Origin: Candidatus Pampinifervens sinense
Lineage (GTDB): Bacteria > Aquificota > Aquificia > Aquificales > Aquificaceae
DNA: 64,000 nt
Direction of reading: 5' to 3'
Assembly (NCBI GenBank): GCA_037927135.1
Contig: JAXSPP010000007.1
Location: 50,073 to 114,072 of the forward strand
Made by a program: the position numbers and the translations under genes
The notes under the pieces: generated by a model
Told to the model about the DNA's origin: nothing
Databases searched by the model: none
What the model saw: only the letters and a program-made list of their open reading frames with translations
Part shown: piece by piece, positions 9,409 to 20,240 of the stretch
Layout of the letters: every line of letters starts with the position of its first letter
Position numbering within the stretch: the stretch's first letter is position 1

Positions 9409-10545
9409 ATGTCTTTGAAGCCTTTAAAGCTTAGAAACAAGGTTGTGCCCATACCTATAATACAAGGTGGGATGGGGGTAGGCATATCTTGGGAAAGGTT
9501 GGCGGGAGCTGTAGCAAAGGAAGGTGCAGTAGGCGTGGTTTCCGCCGTTGGAACTGGCTATAGATACCCTGAGCTTGTCAAAAGGGATAAGTTTGGAAGA
9601 CCTATAGGTTCCATATACACCCATAATAAGGAGGCCTTAACGAGGATAATAAAGGAGGCAAAAAGGATATCAGAAGGCAATGGTGCCATAGCTGTAAATA
9701 TACTCTGCGCCATAACAGATTATGGCAGGGTGGCTGTGGATGCGGTAGAAGCTGGAGCGGATGCCATAATATCCGGTGCAGGCCTTCCGTTAAAACTTCC
9801 AGAATACGTAGGAGATGCGGATGTGGCTTTAATTCCCATAGTGTCTTCAGCAAGGGCCTTAAACCTTATATGCAGAACATGGGAAAAAAGATATAAAAGG
9901 CTTCCAGATGCAGTGGTATTAGAAGGTCCAAAGTCTGGAGGCCATCAAGGCTTTAAATATGAGGAGTGTTTTATGCCCGAATACCAGCTTGAAAACCTTT
10001 TTCCTTCCGTTCTTGAGGAGGCAAAAAAGTGGGGTGATATACCTGTTATAGTGGCTGGCGGCATTTGGAGCTATAGGGATATAGTCTATTACATGGAAAG
10101 GGGGGCAAGCGGTGTTCAGATAGCCACCCGTTTTATAGCCACCTTTGAGTGTGATGCGCCACCCATATATAAAGAAGTGCTTCTTAGCGCAGAAGAGGAG
10201 GACATCATACTTTTCAAGTCTCCAGTGGGCTATCCATTGAGGGTTGTAAAAACTCCCTTTATTGAAAGATTGCTTGCAGGCTACAACGGATGGAACGGGT
10301 GCGTTTCTCACTGCATAACTCCATGCAACAAAGGAGAGGAAGCAAAAAAGGTAGGCTTTTGTATAGCCGATAGGCTGGGTGCGGCCTGGTTGGGCAACTA
10401 CGAAGAAGGTATATTTATAAGCGGAGCAAACGGACATCTTTTGAAGAAACAGGGTATAATAAGCGTAAAGGAGTTGATTGAGATATTAACAGGCAAAAGA
10501 CCTGATCCTACATTAGAGGAGAGCAAGGAGGGGTGCCATGTTTAG
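9409..10545 (+). CDS. fabX: nitronate monooxygenase-family flavoprotein, FabX-like dehydrogenase/isomerase
   Basis: [20 protein letters not shown], Cys cluster CVSHCITPC...GFCIAD; SD AAGGAGG before ATG 9409. Confidence 0.7.
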   Translation: MSLKPLKLRNKVVPIPIIQGGMGVGISWERLAGAVAKEGAVGVVSAVGTGYRYPELVKRDKFGRPIGSIYTHNKEALTRIIKEAKRISEGNGAIAVNILCAITDYGRVAVDAVEAGADAIISGAGLPLKLPEYVGDADVALIPIVSSARALNLICRTWEKRYKRLPDAVVLEGPKSGGHQGFKYEECFMPEYQLENLFPSVLEEAKKWGDIPVIVAGGIWSYRDIVYYMERGASGVQIATRFIATFECDAPPIYKEVLLSAEEEDIILFKSPVGYPLRVVKTPFIERLLAGYNGWNGCVSHCITPCNKGEEAKKVGFCIADRLGAAWLGNYEEGIFISGANGHLLKKQGIISVKELIEILTGKRPDPTLEESKEGCHV

Positions 10546-11326
10546 AGCCTTATGGACATCGGCCTCAGGTATGATAGCTCAGCAAACAAACCTTGATGTG
10601 ATATCCCACAACATGGCCAATGTAAACACGGTAGGCTACAAAAAGATGAGACCAACATTCCAAGACCTTATCTATCAAACGATCAGAGACCCAGGGGCTC
10701 CAACCTCTCCCGCTACCCGTAATCCTTCCGGATTCCAAATAGGCTTAGGAACCTATGTATCGGACACCTACGGTATATTTACCCAAGGTAACATAATTCA
10801 AACGGGGAACACCCTTGACATAGCTATTCAAGGTGATGGCTTCTTCAAGGTGGTTATGCCCGACGGTACCATAGCCTACACTAGGAATGGTCAATTTAGG
10901 CTTGACGCGGATGGAAGGATAGTTAACCCCGATGGCTATCCTTTAGACCCGGAGATAACCATACCACCGGATGCCATAAGTATAGGCATAGGGCCGGACG
11001 GCACCGTAACCGTTCTCAGACAGGGTGCCACAACGGTGGAAGAGGTTGGAAGGATAGAGCTTGCAAAGTTTGTAAACCCGGCTGGCCTTCGCAGGATTGG
11101 CAACAACCTATTTATACAAACGGATGCCTCTGGAGAACCCATCGTGGACAATCCAGGAAACCAAGGCCTAGGAACACTGCTACAAGGCTATTTGGAATCA
11201 TCCAACGTGAACATAGTGGAAGAAATGGTAAACCTTATAATAGCACAAAGGGCCTTTGAGTTTAACACTAAGGGTATAGTTGCGGCTGATGAAATGCTTG
11301 GCCAAACGGCCAATCTAAGAAGATAG
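10538..11326 (+). CDS. flgG: flagellar basal-body distal rod protein
   Basis: [36 protein letters not shown]; 262 aa. Confidence 0.95.
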   Translation: MFRALWTSASGMIAQQTNLDVISHNMANVNTVGYKKMRPTFQDLIYQTIRDPGAPTSPATRNPSGFQIGLGTYVSDTYGIFTQGNIIQTGNTLDIAIQGDGFFKVVMPDGTIAYTRNGQFRLDADGRIVNPDGYPLDPEITIPPDAISIGIGPDGTVTVLRQGATTVEEVGRIELAKFVNPAGLRRIGNNLFIQTDASGEPIVDNPGNQGLGTLLQGYLESSNVNIVEEMVNLIIAQRAFEFNTKGIVAADEMLGQTANLRR

Positions 11327-11341
11327 TGTATAATTAAAGGC

Positions 11342-11815
11342 ATGGCTGAAGAAGCAAAGGAGGCCAGGGAGGAGAAAAAGGGGAAGTCAAAGCTAATCTT
11401 AATAGTAGGGCTTCTTCTGATAATCTTGGCTGGTGCCTCTGGTACATACTTTTTCTTCTTTGTCAAAAAGGGTAAAAAGGAAGATAAAGTGCCATTGCCT
11501 TCCCAAGTAGGTGTTATGATGGAAGTGGGCACCTTTACGGTGAACTTGGCTGATAAGGATGTGGATGCTTATGCAAGGGTATCCATAACCTTGGAACTAT
11601 CCGACGAAAAGGTGCGCCAAGAGGTAGAAAAAAGGCTCCCCATAATAAAGGATGCCATAATTGATGTTATAAGCAGCAAGACCTCTTCTTTTGTAAAGAC
11701 ACCGGAAGGAAGGGAAAGCCTAAGGTTGGAGCTTATAAAGAGGATAAACACTATACTCTTTGAAGGCGGTGTAAGAAACATATACTTTACAGAGTTTGTG
11801 GTACAGACCACATGA
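11342..11815 (+). CDS. fliL: flagellar basal body-associated protein
   Basis: Single N-terminal TM, FTVNL, IYFTEFVVQ. Confidence 0.9.
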   Translation: MAEEAKEAREEKKGKSKLILIVGLLLIILAGASGTYFFFFVKKGKKEDKVPLPSQVGVMMEVGTFTVNLADKDVDAYARVSITLELSDEKVRQEVEKRLPIIKDAIIDVISSKTSSFVKTPEGRESLRLELIKRINTILFEGGVRNIYFTEFVVQTT

Positions 11816-12087
11816 CAGACCTCTTCTTTAACCTTTTGCGCGTTCTTATCTCCTTAGCCATAGTGATAGTCCTTATACTAATCCTCTTGCCCTATCTTGT
11901 CCCTTTGCTACAAAAGTGGAGATGGGCAAAGGAAGATAAAGATTCTAGCGTAAAGCTAAAGAGGATTATCCCAATAGGTAGAAACATGTTCTTAATTGAG
12001 CTTGAGATAAAAGGGAGGCTTTTTGTAGTAGCTATCAACGAAAAAGCTGTAGAGGTAATCTACAAAGATGAAGTGGTTTCTGATTAA
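11812..12087 (+). CDS. fliO: flagellar export protein FliO
   Basis: N-terminal TM plus short beta-rich domain, located between fliL and fliP. Confidence 0.7.
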   Translation: MTDLFFNLLRVLISLAIVIVLILILLPYLVPLLQKWRWAKEDKDSSVKLKRIIPIGRNMFLIELEIKGRLFVVAINEKAVEVIYKDEVVSD

Positions 12088-12799
12088 CCTTCTGATGATC
12101 AGCTTGGCCTTCTCCCAGCAGATACTGCCAAATGTAGAACTGAGGATAGGAACAGGACAGCTTGATACTTCAATAAGGCTCCTTATACTCCTTACCATAC
12201 TTTCTCTTGCACCATCCATACTCATAATGACCACCTCTTTTATAAGGATAGTTATCGTCCTTTCATTGCTTAGGCAGGCCCTTGGCACACCCACAGTTCC
12301 TCCTAACCAAGTAATAATCTCCCTTGCCCTATTTTTAACCTTCTTCATCATGAAACCTGTGTTTGATCAGATAAACCAAGAAGCCCTTCAACCCCTTTTG
12401 AAAAACCAGATAACTGATAGAGAGTTCTTTGAAAGAAGCACAAGCATAATGAAGGATTTTATGATAAAGAATACACGTAAGGAGAGCCTAAAGGTTTTTC
12501 TTGATATGGCAAACCTCCCAAAGGAAGAAAAGGAGAAGATAAAAAGCCCTAAGGATATCCCCCTTAGCGTGGTAATACCAGCCTTTATGGTCAGCGAGAT
12601 AACGGTAGCCTTTCAAATAGTATTCCTTCTGTATCTTCCCTTCCTCATAATAGACCTTGTGGTAGCCTCCATACTCATATCCATAGGTATCCTCATGATA
12701 CCTCCACAGATCATATCCCTACCCTTTAAGATCATGCTCTTTGTTCTTGCAAACGGGTGGGAGCTGGTGGTATTATCTCTTGTAAGGAGCTACCAATGA
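12068..12799 (+). CDS. fliP: flagellar export gate protein
   Basis: MTTSFIRIVIV, PPNQV, PAFMVSE, ISLPFK.MLFVL. Confidence 0.95.
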   Translation: MKWFLINLLMISLAFSQQILPNVELRIGTGQLDTSIRLLILLTILSLAPSILIMTTSFIRIVIVLSLLRQALGTPTVPPNQVIISLALFLTFFIMKPVFDQINQEALQPLLKNQITDREFFERSTSIMKDFMIKNTRKESLKVFLDMANLPKEEKEKIKSPKDIPLSVVIPAFMVSEITVAFQIVFLLYLPFLIIDLVVASILISIGILMIPPQIISLPFKIMLFVLANGWELVVLSLVRSYQ

Positions 12800-13065
12800 G
12801 CCCGGATATGGTTGTGTCCCTTGGACAAAAAGCCCTGGAGATGGCCCTAATCCTATCAGCACCAGTCCTTATCATAACTTTCCTTGTAGGTCTTGTAATC
12901 AGCATACTTCAGTCAGCCACCCAGATACAGGAGATGACCCTAAGCTATATACCAAAGATAATAGCAGCCTATATAACTGTGCTCTTGCTTGGAGCGTGGA
13001 TGCTGAACAAGCTCCTTGATTATACAAAGGAGATCATCATCAATATACCCACTTGGCTCCGATGA
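12796..13065 (+). CDS. fliQ: flagellar export gate protein
   Basis: SILQSATQIQEMTLSYIPK; ATGA overlap with fliP. Confidence 0.95.
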   Translation: MSPDMVVSLGQKALEMALILSAPVLIITFLVGLVISILQSATQIQEMTLSYIPKIIAAYITVLLLGAWMLNKLLDYTKEIIINIPTWLR

Positions 13066-13820
13066 GCCTTGATATAAACACCCTTCTTACCCTCTTTATC
13101 ATATATGTGAGGGTCCTCAGCTTCCTTATAATGGTTCCCATCTTTGGCAAGGAAACTCTACCACCTACCTTTAAGCTCTTTTTAGCAACGGCCATAAGCT
13201 TTTCCCTTTTTCTCTACTATGAGATAGAACCTTCCCATTTTCCAACGACTGCGCACCTTATGCTTGCCTTTTTGAAGGAGTTTATCTTTGGTTTTACAGC
13301 TGGCCTTTTACTTAGGCTCATCTTTGATGCTATGCATATAGCCGGTGAGTTCATAAGCGTAAACATGGGGTTAGGTCTAGCAACAGTCTTTAACCCTCAA
13401 CAGCCTCAAACTACTATAATCTCTTCCTTTTTTTCCCTCCTTGCCACATTGCTTTTTCTAGCCATAGGTGGTGCGGAGATAATCCTCCTTTCCCTTGGCA
13501 AGAGCCTTGAGAAAATTCCTCCTGGCTCTTTCAATCTTTACGATATAAACCCACAGCTACTACTGGACTTCTTTTATGAAAGCTTCCTTTTAGCCTTTAA
13601 AGTTTCCTTACCCATAATAGCCGTAATGCTACTTTTGAATATAGTGCTTGCTCTGATAAACAGGTTCATACCACAGATAAACGTTTTTATGGTAGGGTTG
13701 CCTATACAGATCTTCTTAGGGCTTTTGATATTAACCCTTGCCACACCTTTTATACTATGGTCCTTTTCCACCCATCTAAAGGAGTATATAATTAGGTCTA
13801 TAGCCCTTTTGGGTGGCTAG
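13062..13820 (+). CDS. fliR: flagellar export gate protein
   Basis: Hydrophobic; MGLGLA, RFIPQINVF..G.P. Confidence 0.9.
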   Translation: MSLDINTLLTLFIIYVRVLSFLIMVPIFGKETLPPTFKLFLATAISFSLFLYYEIEPSHFPTTAHLMLAFLKEFIFGFTAGLLLRLIFDAMHIAGEFISVNMGLGLATVFNPQQPQTTIISSFFSLLATLLFLAIGGAEIILLSLGKSLEKIPPGSFNLYDINPQLLLDFFYESFLLAFKVSLPIIAVMLLLNIVLALINRFIPQINVFMVGLPIQIFLGLLILTLATPFILWSFSTHLKEYIIRSIALLGG

Positions 13821-13822
13821 GT

Positions 13823-14869
13823 ATGGCACAGGAGAATAAGACGGAGAAGGCCACACCTTACAGGCGTAGAAAGCTTAGGGAGGAGGGAAATGTAGCAAAG
13901 AGCCCAGAGCTTGCTTCATCCCTTTTGGTATTCCTATCATCCATCATCCTCTTCCTCACAGGCGCCTATATCTTCTACGAAGTCTTAAAAATAATCTACC
14001 TTGTTATAGAAAACCCCTATTTAGGCTATTCTACCATCTTTAGCCTTTTGAGCAAAAGCCTACCATCGCTACTCTTTCCCTTCTTCCTGATAGCGGTGCT
14101 TACAGTAGTAATAGCTCATATAGGGCAGTTTGGCTTCATCTTTACATTAAAGCCCTTACAATTCAAATGGGAAAGGTTAAACCCTGTTGAAGGAATAAAA
14201 AGGATCTTTTCCCTTAATGCCCTTTTTGAACTCATAAAGAACACTCTAAAAGTGTCTATCTTTGCTTTAGTTGCTTATTTTCTCATAAAAGGTGATATTG
14301 AGCATATATTGACAACACCCTTTTACGACGCGAAAAGCTCCACCCTTTTCCTTCTTAAATTTACCTTCAAGCTGATAATTATCCTTAGCCTTCTTGCCAT
14401 ATTTATATCAATCCTAGATTACGGCTATAAAAGATGGGACTATGAGAGGAGGATAAGGATGAGTAAAGAGGAGGTAAAGGAGGAGTATAAACAGCATGAG
14501 GGAGATCCTCTCATAAAGAGCGCTATTAGAAAGAGGATGAGACAGCTTGCGCGCGGAAGGATGATGAAGGAAGTGCCAAAGGCAAGCGTAGTCATAACAA
14601 ACCCAGTTCATATAGCCATAGCCCTAAGGTATGATCCAGAAAAGGGGGATAAAGCTCCGAGGGTTTTGGCAAAGGGTAAAGGATCTGTAGCAGAAAAGAT
14701 AGTTCAGATAGCACAAGAACATGGCATTCCAATAATTAGAAAAGAAGAGTTGGCAAGGGCCATGTATCCTTTGGTTGAAGTGGGTGAAGAGATACCTCCA
14801 AAGTTCTACAGAGCTGTGGCAGAGATAATAGCCTTTATAATGTTTAGAAAGAAGAGGGTGGCCGTATGA
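13823..14869 (+). CDS. flhB: flagellar export switch protein
   Basis: KTEKATP, EGDPLIK, autocleavage motif as TNPVH. Confidence 0.95.
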   Translation: MAQENKTEKATPYRRRKLREEGNVAKSPELASSLLVFLSSIILFLTGAYIFYEVLKIIYLVIENPYLGYSTIFSLLSKSLPSLLFPFFLIAVLTVVIAHIGQFGFIFTLKPLQFKWERLNPVEGIKRIFSLNALFELIKNTLKVSIFALVAYFLIKGDIEHILTTPFYDAKSSTLFLLKFTFKLIIILSLLAIFISILDYGYKRWDYERRIRMSKEEVKEEYKQHEGDPLIKSAIRKRMRQLARGRMMKEVPKASVVITNPVHIAIALRYDPEKGDKAPRVLAKGKGSVAEKIVQIAQEHGIPIIRKEELARAMYPLVEVGEEIPPKFYRAVAEIIAFIMFRKKRVAV

Positions 14870-15093
14870 GTGAAATGGGAAAACTTTTAGTATTTTTAGG
14901 CTTTATCCTCATAATTCTAGGCCTTTTTCTGACCTTTTTTGAAAAACTGCCCTTTGGCCTTGGGAGATTGCCTGGAGATATACTCATAAAAAGGGATGGA
15001 TTTACCTTCTATTTTCCAATAGCCACTTCCCTTCTTATCAGTCTCCTTCTTTCCCTCCTTCTTATGCTTCTAGTTAATATACTTAAAAAATAG
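14866..15093 (+). CDS. DUF2905 family small membrane protein
   Basis: LGRLPGDI....GFTFYFPI.TS motif. Confidence 0.85.
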   Translation: MSEMGKLLVFLGFILIILGLFLTFFEKLPFGLGRLPGDILIKRDGFTFYFPIATSLLISLLLSLLLMLLVNILKK

Positions 15094-15171
15094 TGGCGGA
15101 GCCGACGGGATTTGAACCCGCGCCCTCCGGCTTGACAGGCCGGCGTTCTAACCGGGCTGAACTACGGCTCC
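15094..15171 (-). tRNA. tRNA-Asp(GTC)
   Basis: Reverse complement GGAGCCG...CCGGC-CTGTCAA-GCCGG...GGTTCAAATCC...CGGCTCC-G-CCA folds as a cloverleaf; CCA encoded. Confidence 0.97.
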
Positions 15172-15188
15172 TACAGATTTATATTATA

Positions 15189-15503
15189 TCATTTTCTTAA
15201 TAAAAGGGAAGCTAATCTTTCTATCTCTGAAGCCAGTCCAAAATCCCTATCTGTGATGCCACCCGCTTCGTGCGTAGTCAGCTTCACTTTTACCTTTTTG
15301 TAGCTTACTTCTAAATCAGGATGATGCCAATGAGCTTCTGCAAGACCCGCTATCGTATTAAACAGAAGAACCGTTTCCTTCCAATTCTTTGTATCATAGT
15401 CTCTAACCAGGAAATTACCTTCATACCTCCAGCCAGGAATATCCTTTAGCCTCTCCTCTATCTCTTCCTTGGAATAAGTTTTTAGCTTTCCTTCTGTTGA
15501 CAT
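15189..15503 (-). CDS. phhB: pterin-4a-carbinolamine dehydratase
   Basis: AEAHWHHPD, LTTHEAGGIT..DF.LA. Confidence 0.9.
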   Translation of the reverse strand: MSTEGKLKTYSKEEIEERLKDIPGWRYEGNFLVRDYDTKNWKETVLLFNTIAGLAEAHWHHPDLEVSYKKVKVKLTTHEAGGITDRDFGLASEIERLASLLLRK

Positions 15504-15910
15504 TGCGGACAAAGGCCATATATATGCACTGAATAGTTATAAACCTTGTATCCTTCCATATACTGTGGAAGATTCCAATCTATGCTAAACTCTACATCCT
15601 TTATAGCTCCACATTGCACACATATAAGATGATGATGGTCGCTCACATTAGCATCATAGCGCACAGACCCACCCCAGTAGGCCACTTTTTTCACAAAGCC
15701 CAGTTCTTCAAGCGTTTCCACCGTTCTGTACACTGTCGCAAGAGATACAAAGGGATATTTCTTCTTTATCTCATTGTATATGTCCTCCACAGTAGGATGG
15801 TCATCCCTGCTTAGGAGCACTTCATACACCGCCATCCTCTGGGGCGTAATCTTTAGCCCCATATTCTTACAAGCATCTATAAACTCCTTAATCCTTTCCT
15901 CCTTAAGCAT
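15482..15910 (-). CDS. Fur/PerR family transcriptional regulator
   Basis: TPQR, HPT.E.IY, SLATVYR, HHHLICVQC, CPQC. Confidence 0.9.
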   Translation of the reverse strand: MLKEERIKEFIDACKNMGLKITPQRMAVYEVLLSRDDHPTVEDIYNEIKKKYPFVSLATVYRTVETLEELGFVKKVAYWGGSVRYDANVSDHHHLICVQCGAIKDVEFSIDWNLPQYMEGYKVYNYSVHIYGLCPQCQQKES

Positions 15911-15918
15911 AGGTATAT

Positions 15919-15951
15919 AATATAAACCACATGCTAATAATTTTCAATATC
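15919..15951 (-). promoter_or_regulatory. sigma70 promoter of the Fur-family gene overlapped by a Fur-box-like site
   Basis: TTGAAA-N17-TATATT; GATATTGAAAATTATTAGC (15951-15933) matches 15/19 of the Fur consensus GATAATGATAATCATTATC. Confidence 0.55.
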
Positions 15952-15960
15952 ATATATTAC

Positions 15961-17040
15961 CTATCTTAGCTTCAGTGTTGCCAAGGTCAATATACCAAGC
16001 AGGATAGATATGATCCACATCCTTACCACTATCTTTGACTCTGGAACTCCGGAAAGTTCAAGATGGTGGTGAAAGGGAGCCATCTTGAAAAGCCTTTTAC
16101 CTTTCGTAAGCTTAAAGTATGCCACTTGAAGTATTACAGAAAGCGTCTCAAAAACAAAGATGCCACCAGCTATAGGAAGCAAAAGCTCTGATTTGGAAAC
16201 CAAGGCTATAACCCCTAGTCCAGCACCCAAAGAAAGAGCACCTACATCTCCCATAAAAAGCTGTGCGGGAAAGGCATTAAACCATAGAAAGCCAAGCCCT
16301 GCACCCACTATGGCAAAGCACAAAATGGTAAGGTCTCCAGCGTAAGGTACATAGGGAATGTTAAGGTAGTCGGCTATCTTCATATGACCTGTTGCATAAG
16401 CTACTATTCCAAGGCTTGCAGCCGTAGTCATAACAGGTCCAATGGCAAGGCCATCAAGCCCATCGGTAAGATTTACAGCGTTTGATGTGGCCACTATAAC
16501 AAGCACTGCAAAAGGTATGTAAAGGATGCCTAAGTCAATCTGTAGGTTTTTAAACAGAGGAAAGTAGATCTTTGTGTCTATATCACCATACAAGTAGATA
16601 AAAAGGGCTGTTATACTAGCTACGACCACTTGCGCTAAAAACTTCTTCTTTCCAGATATACCTTTTTTGTTCTTTAGCTTTACCACATCATCCCAAAGGC
16701 CAATGAGGGCAAAGCCAAGAATGCAAAAGGTTATTATCCAAAAGTACAAAAGGTCAAGCCTCATAAGTAGGAAAGAAGAAAAGAGAACAGAGAGCACTAT
16801 AATAAGACCACCCATCGTAGGAACATATCTCTTTACCAAATGTCCTTCCGGCGTATACTCCCTTATATAGCCTTTAAAAAGCCTTTGTATGGCTTTCATC
16901 TTCTTCATAAAGATGGGTGTAAGTATGAGCGTTATTGTAAAAGCTATAAACACTGCTAAAAAGGACCTAAAGGTTATGTATTTGAACACATTGAAGGCGA
17001 AGAAGTAATCCCTAAGGTAAAGGGCCAAATGGTATAGCAT
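15961..17040 (-). CDS. mraY: phospho-N-acetylmuramoyl-pentapeptide transferase
   Basis: [30 protein letters not shown]. Confidence 0.97.
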   Translation of the reverse strand: MLYHLALYLRDYFFAFNVFKYITFRSFLAVFIAFTITLILTPIFMKKMKAIQRLFKGYIREYTPEGHLVKRYVPTMGGLIIVLSVLFSSFLLMRLDLLYFWIITFCILGFALIGLWDDVVKLKNKKGISGKKKFLAQVVVASITALFIYLYGDIDTKIYFPLFKNLQIDLGILYIPFAVLVIVATSNAVNLTDGLDGLAIGPVMTTAASLGIVAYATGHMKIADYLNIPYVPYAGDLTILCFAIVGAGLGFLWFNAFPAQLFMGDVGALSLGAGLGVIALVSKSELLLPIAGGIFVFETLSVILQVAYFKLTKGKRLFKMAPFHHHLELSGVPESKIVVRMWIISILLGILTLATLKLR

Positions 17041-17041
17041 T

Positions 17042-17614
17042 TTAGCACCTGTTCCTGCTTAGAAGTCTGTCAAGTATGATGGCAACGGCGTTCCTCACGG
17101 AAAGATGGTTCCAGTCTCCAGCGCCATATATGGGTTCAAGTATGTAATCAAAGGTGTTCATAAGGGATGGTGGAATGCCATAACCTGTACCAAAAACTAT
17201 CAAAAAGTCCCTTTCTCTTTTATGTATCTCCTCCGAGAGCCATCTGTAAGATATGGTATTAGGGTATTTTCTAGCGTCTGTGCCAACGATTACCGGCTTT
17301 TTTCCCCTTGTTGCTATTATGTCTTCAACCACTTCTTCAAAGGTATAGCATAGTTTTACAAGTCTTACCACTTCATTCCTTGTAGGGTTTGTCTTTTTCC
17401 CTTCCTCCGAAAGCCAATAGTCTATCTGCTTTTTAATTACCATCCTTTGACCATCAACCGGTTGGACTATATAGTAGGTATTTATCTCATAGGCCCTTGC
17501 AGGCCTTGCAATATCATGAAGGTCCATGGTGGTAAAGGAGGTTATAATGGTCCTCCCTTCCTTATCCATGGCTGGAAAGTGGAGGAGGGCGATAAAAACG
17601 TTATGGTTTATCAT
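17042..17614 (-). CDS. SPOUT-family RNA methyltransferase (TrmD C-terminal-associated type)
   Basis: [31 protein letters not shown]. Confidence 0.75.
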   Translation of the reverse strand: MINHNVFIALLHFPAMDKEGRTIITSFTTMDLHDIARPARAYEINTYYIVQPVDGQRMVIKKQIDYWLSEEGKKTNPTRNEVVRLVKLCYTFEEVVEDIIATRGKKPVIVGTDARKYPNTISYRWLSEEIHKRERDFLIVFGTGYGIPPSLMNTFDYILEPIYGAGDWNHLSVRNAVAIILDRLLSRNRC

Positions 17615-17632
17615 AGATCATTTATTATAACA

Positions 17633-19471
17633 CTAAAACTCAACTCTAACCGCAACTCCATGCAACTTTCCATGGGGAAACCTATAGAATTCTACAAAAC
17701 TGGGGGTAGAACGTTTAATCCAGCTAAAGATTTTCCATGGGAGTCTATCCGTATATATGTGTTCAACACCGTAGAAGATAACCCTTTCCCTTATTCCAAC
17801 CTTTGAGAGTTCTTTATCAATATCCAAAACCTCCATATATCCATACCTTATCTCAACGAGCCTGAGGCCTTCAGCTATGCTTCCTTTTACAAAAGTCTCT
17901 GTACCAAAAGGTTCATCCTTTTTTATTAAAGAGAGAAATACATTATCCTCGTATAGTATGCCGTGGTCAAACATGGTTTGTATAACGTAGGGAGGTATAG
18001 CCTTTAAATCCCTTATCAAAAATATAGCTGTGCCTTCTATCTTTGGCGAGCTTTTGTAAACATCTTCAAATTCAATAACAAACTCTTTAAATGGTTTAAA
18101 TCTCATTTTTTTGTAAAGTTTTTCCTGACCTTTTATATAAAGCGTCATTACAGATAGAGGCACAGAAGCAAAGAGGATGGACCAGTATGCACCGTGAGGT
18201 ATTTTTGTAATATTGGATAACCAAAAAACTATATCTACAAGGAATAAGATGATGGAAATAAAGAAATGGAAAAAGGATTTTTTAAACAAGTAAATCATCA
18301 TAAGGAAAAAACCAGTTATGCTCATTGTTGTTATAACAGCAAAGCCGTAAGCTGCAGCCATATTGTCTGAAGTTTTGAAGTTGAAATACATAAATATAAC
18401 ACCCAACATTAAGGCCCAATTTACCGCTGGTATGTATATCTGCGTGCTTATCTCTGTAGATGTGTGTTTTACATTAAGAAGTGGAGCTATCCTTGTGTTT
18501 ATGGCCTGAAATACAATGGAAAATACACCGCTTATGAGAGCTTGGGAGGCTATGATGCCGGCTATTATTACGAGTAAAAGAAAAGGTACATAAAACCTAT
18601 CTCCTAGCAATGCCTTTGCTGATGCAAAAAATACGGACTGTCCCTCTACATTGTTGTTAAGTATGACAAAGGCCACCTGTCCAAGATAGTTTAAAGTTAG
18701 CATAAAAAACACAAAGACCCATGCCCTTCTTATAGAGACTCTTCCAAGATGTCCCATATCTGCGTATAGGGCCTCTCCTCCTGTAGCTGCCAAAATAACC
18801 TCAGATAAAGCTATAAAGCCTTTCAGCGGGTTTGATATTAAAAACTCAATGGCGTAGTGGGGACTAAGGGCTTTTATGACCTGTGGTGCTTGTAAAATAT
18901 AGTAAAGTCCTATTATACCTATGGAAGTAAACCAAAGGACCATTATGGGTCCAAAGAAACTGCCTATCTTGCCCGTTCCCTTACTTTGAATGGAAAAGAG
19001 TGCTATTGTTATGATTATGGCTATGAGAATTACTTCCGATTGGGGCATGTTTTCAAAGCCAGGGATAAGCCTTATACCCTCGGAAGAGCTTAGGATGGTT
19101 ATGGCTGGTGTGATTACACCATCTCCCATAAGGAAGCTAAGGCCCAATACTATGAAAGCCCTATAAAGTTTTCTAAGTTTTTGGTTTTTTGTGAGAGACT
19201 TGGCTATTTCACCCAAAACTACTATTCCACCCTCCCCTTTTATGCTCAGGTTCATGGCAAGCCATGCATACTGTACAGAAACCAGTATGATTAGCGTCCA
19301 AATAATGAGGGATGCTATGCCTATCATCTGATCCTTTTCTGGCTTTGTGAGTAGCATGAGGACTGTTAGTGTATATATTGGGCTTGTTCCAATGTCGCCA
19401 AAGACTGCCCCAATGGCCCTTATAATATCCCTTATCTCTTTTAACATTCCAAACAGATACATTTTAAACAT
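17633..19471 (-). CDS. kup: KUP/HAK/KT potassium transporter (start may be ATG 19447)
   Basis: GAVFGDIGTSPIY, GEGG, GDGVITPAI, TGGEALYADMGH. Confidence 0.95.
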   Translation of the reverse strand: MFKMYLFGMLKEIRDIIRAIGAVFGDIGTSPIYTLTVLMLLTKPEKDQMIGIASLIIWTLIILVSVQYAWLAMNLSIKGEGGIVVLGEIAKSLTKNQKLRKLYRAFIVLGLSFLMGDGVITPAITILSSSEGIRLIPGFENMPQSEVILIAIIITIALFSIQSKGTGKIGSFFGPIMVLWFTSIGIIGLYYILQAPQVIKALSPHYAIEFLISNPLKGFIALSEVILAATGGEALYADMGHLGRVSIRRAWVFVFFMLTLNYLGQVAFVILNNNVEGQSVFFASAKALLGDRFYVPFLLLVIIAGIIASQALISGVFSIVFQAINTRIAPLLNVKHTSTEISTQIYIPAVNWALMLGVIFMYFNFKTSDNMAAAYGFAVITTMSITGFFLMMIYLFKKSFFHFFISIILFLVDIVFWLSNITKIPHGAYWSILFASVPLSVMTLYIKGQEKLYKKMRFKPFKEFVIEFEDVYKSSPKIEGTAIFLIRDLKAIPPYVIQTMFDHGILYEDNVFLSLIKKDEPFGTETFVKGSIAEGLRLVEIRYGYMEVLDIDKELSKVGIRERVIFYGVEHIYTDRLPWKIFSWIKRSTPSFVEFYRFPHGKLHGVAVRVEF

Positions 19472-20240
19472 AGCCCAAAAGCTCCCTTAGCTTTTTGAAG
19501 GGATCTTGGCTTTTCATAAGGCTTGTGCCAACTAGGAAGGCATCCACTCCAAGGTTTTCCAGCTTTAGGATCTGCTCCCTATTTTCTATGCCACTTTCGG
19601 CGATCACAAACCTTGCACCCATCTCCTTTATCTTTGGTGCAAGTCTTTCCGATAGGCTTACATCCACCTTTAAAGTATCAAGGTCCCTGTTGTTTATACC
19701 TATTATGTGTGCTCCTGCCTTTAGGGCCCTTTCTGCCTCCTCAAGGGAAAAGACCTCCGCTATATGGGAGAGGCCAAGCTCCTTTGAATAATCAAGAAGA
19801 TCCTTCAAAAGGCTATCCTCAAGGATTCTTACTATAAGCAAAACTATATCTCCGCCGTAGGCCTTTGCCTCAAGCACCTGCACTGGATGTAAAATAAAGT
19901 CCTTTCTAAGCAATGGCAGACTCACTGCCCTTCTTACCTCAAGGAGGTCCTCCAATGAACCGTTAAAAAAGCTTCTATCTGTAAGAACAGAAATGGCAAT
20001 AGCTCCAGCTTTCTCATAGACCTTTGCCTGGTCTGCTGCGCACACATCCTTTATCTTGCCCTCCGATGGCGAGGCCCTTTTTACCTCTGCAATTATCCTT
20101 GTCCTACAGGAGGTTAAGGCCTTCTCAAAAGGGTAGTAGTCTTTTCTCTCCTTTATAAGGCCTTCAAGCTCTTTTATATACTCTGAAGAGGTGTTTATCT
20201 CCTTCCTCTTTTGCTCAAGTATCCTTTCTAAGACTCCTAT
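19464..20240 (-). CDS. trpC: indole-3-glycerol phosphate synthase, proposed AUA start
   Basis: IIAEVKRASPSEG lies upstream of the track's GTG start; also ISVLTD, LRKDF, GINNRDL, AESGI; frame is open to ATA 20240 with an SD. Confidence 0.9.
   Translation of the reverse strand: MGVLERILEQKRKEINTSSEYIKELEGLIKERKDYYPFEKALTSCRTRIIAEVKRASPSEGKIKDVCAADQAKVYEKAGAIAISVLTDRSFFNGSLEDLLEVRRAVSLPLLRKDFILHPVQVLEAKAYGGDIVLLIVRILEDSLLKDLLDYSKELGLSHIAEVFSLEEAERALKAGAHIIGINNRDLDTLKVDVSLSERLAPKIKEMGARFVIAESGIENREQILKLENLGVDAFLVGTSLMKSQDPFKKLRELLGYV

Noticed and set aside
15094-15190. Integrated element at tRNA-Asp, or at tRNA-Ala (46938-47012)
   Set aside because: No integrase and no duplicated tRNA 3' end were seen; the flanks are housekeeping genes
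17633-19471. kup as a horizontally acquired island
   Set aside because: It looks somewhat AT-richer by eye, but there are no mobility genes or boundary repeats and I cannot quantify composition
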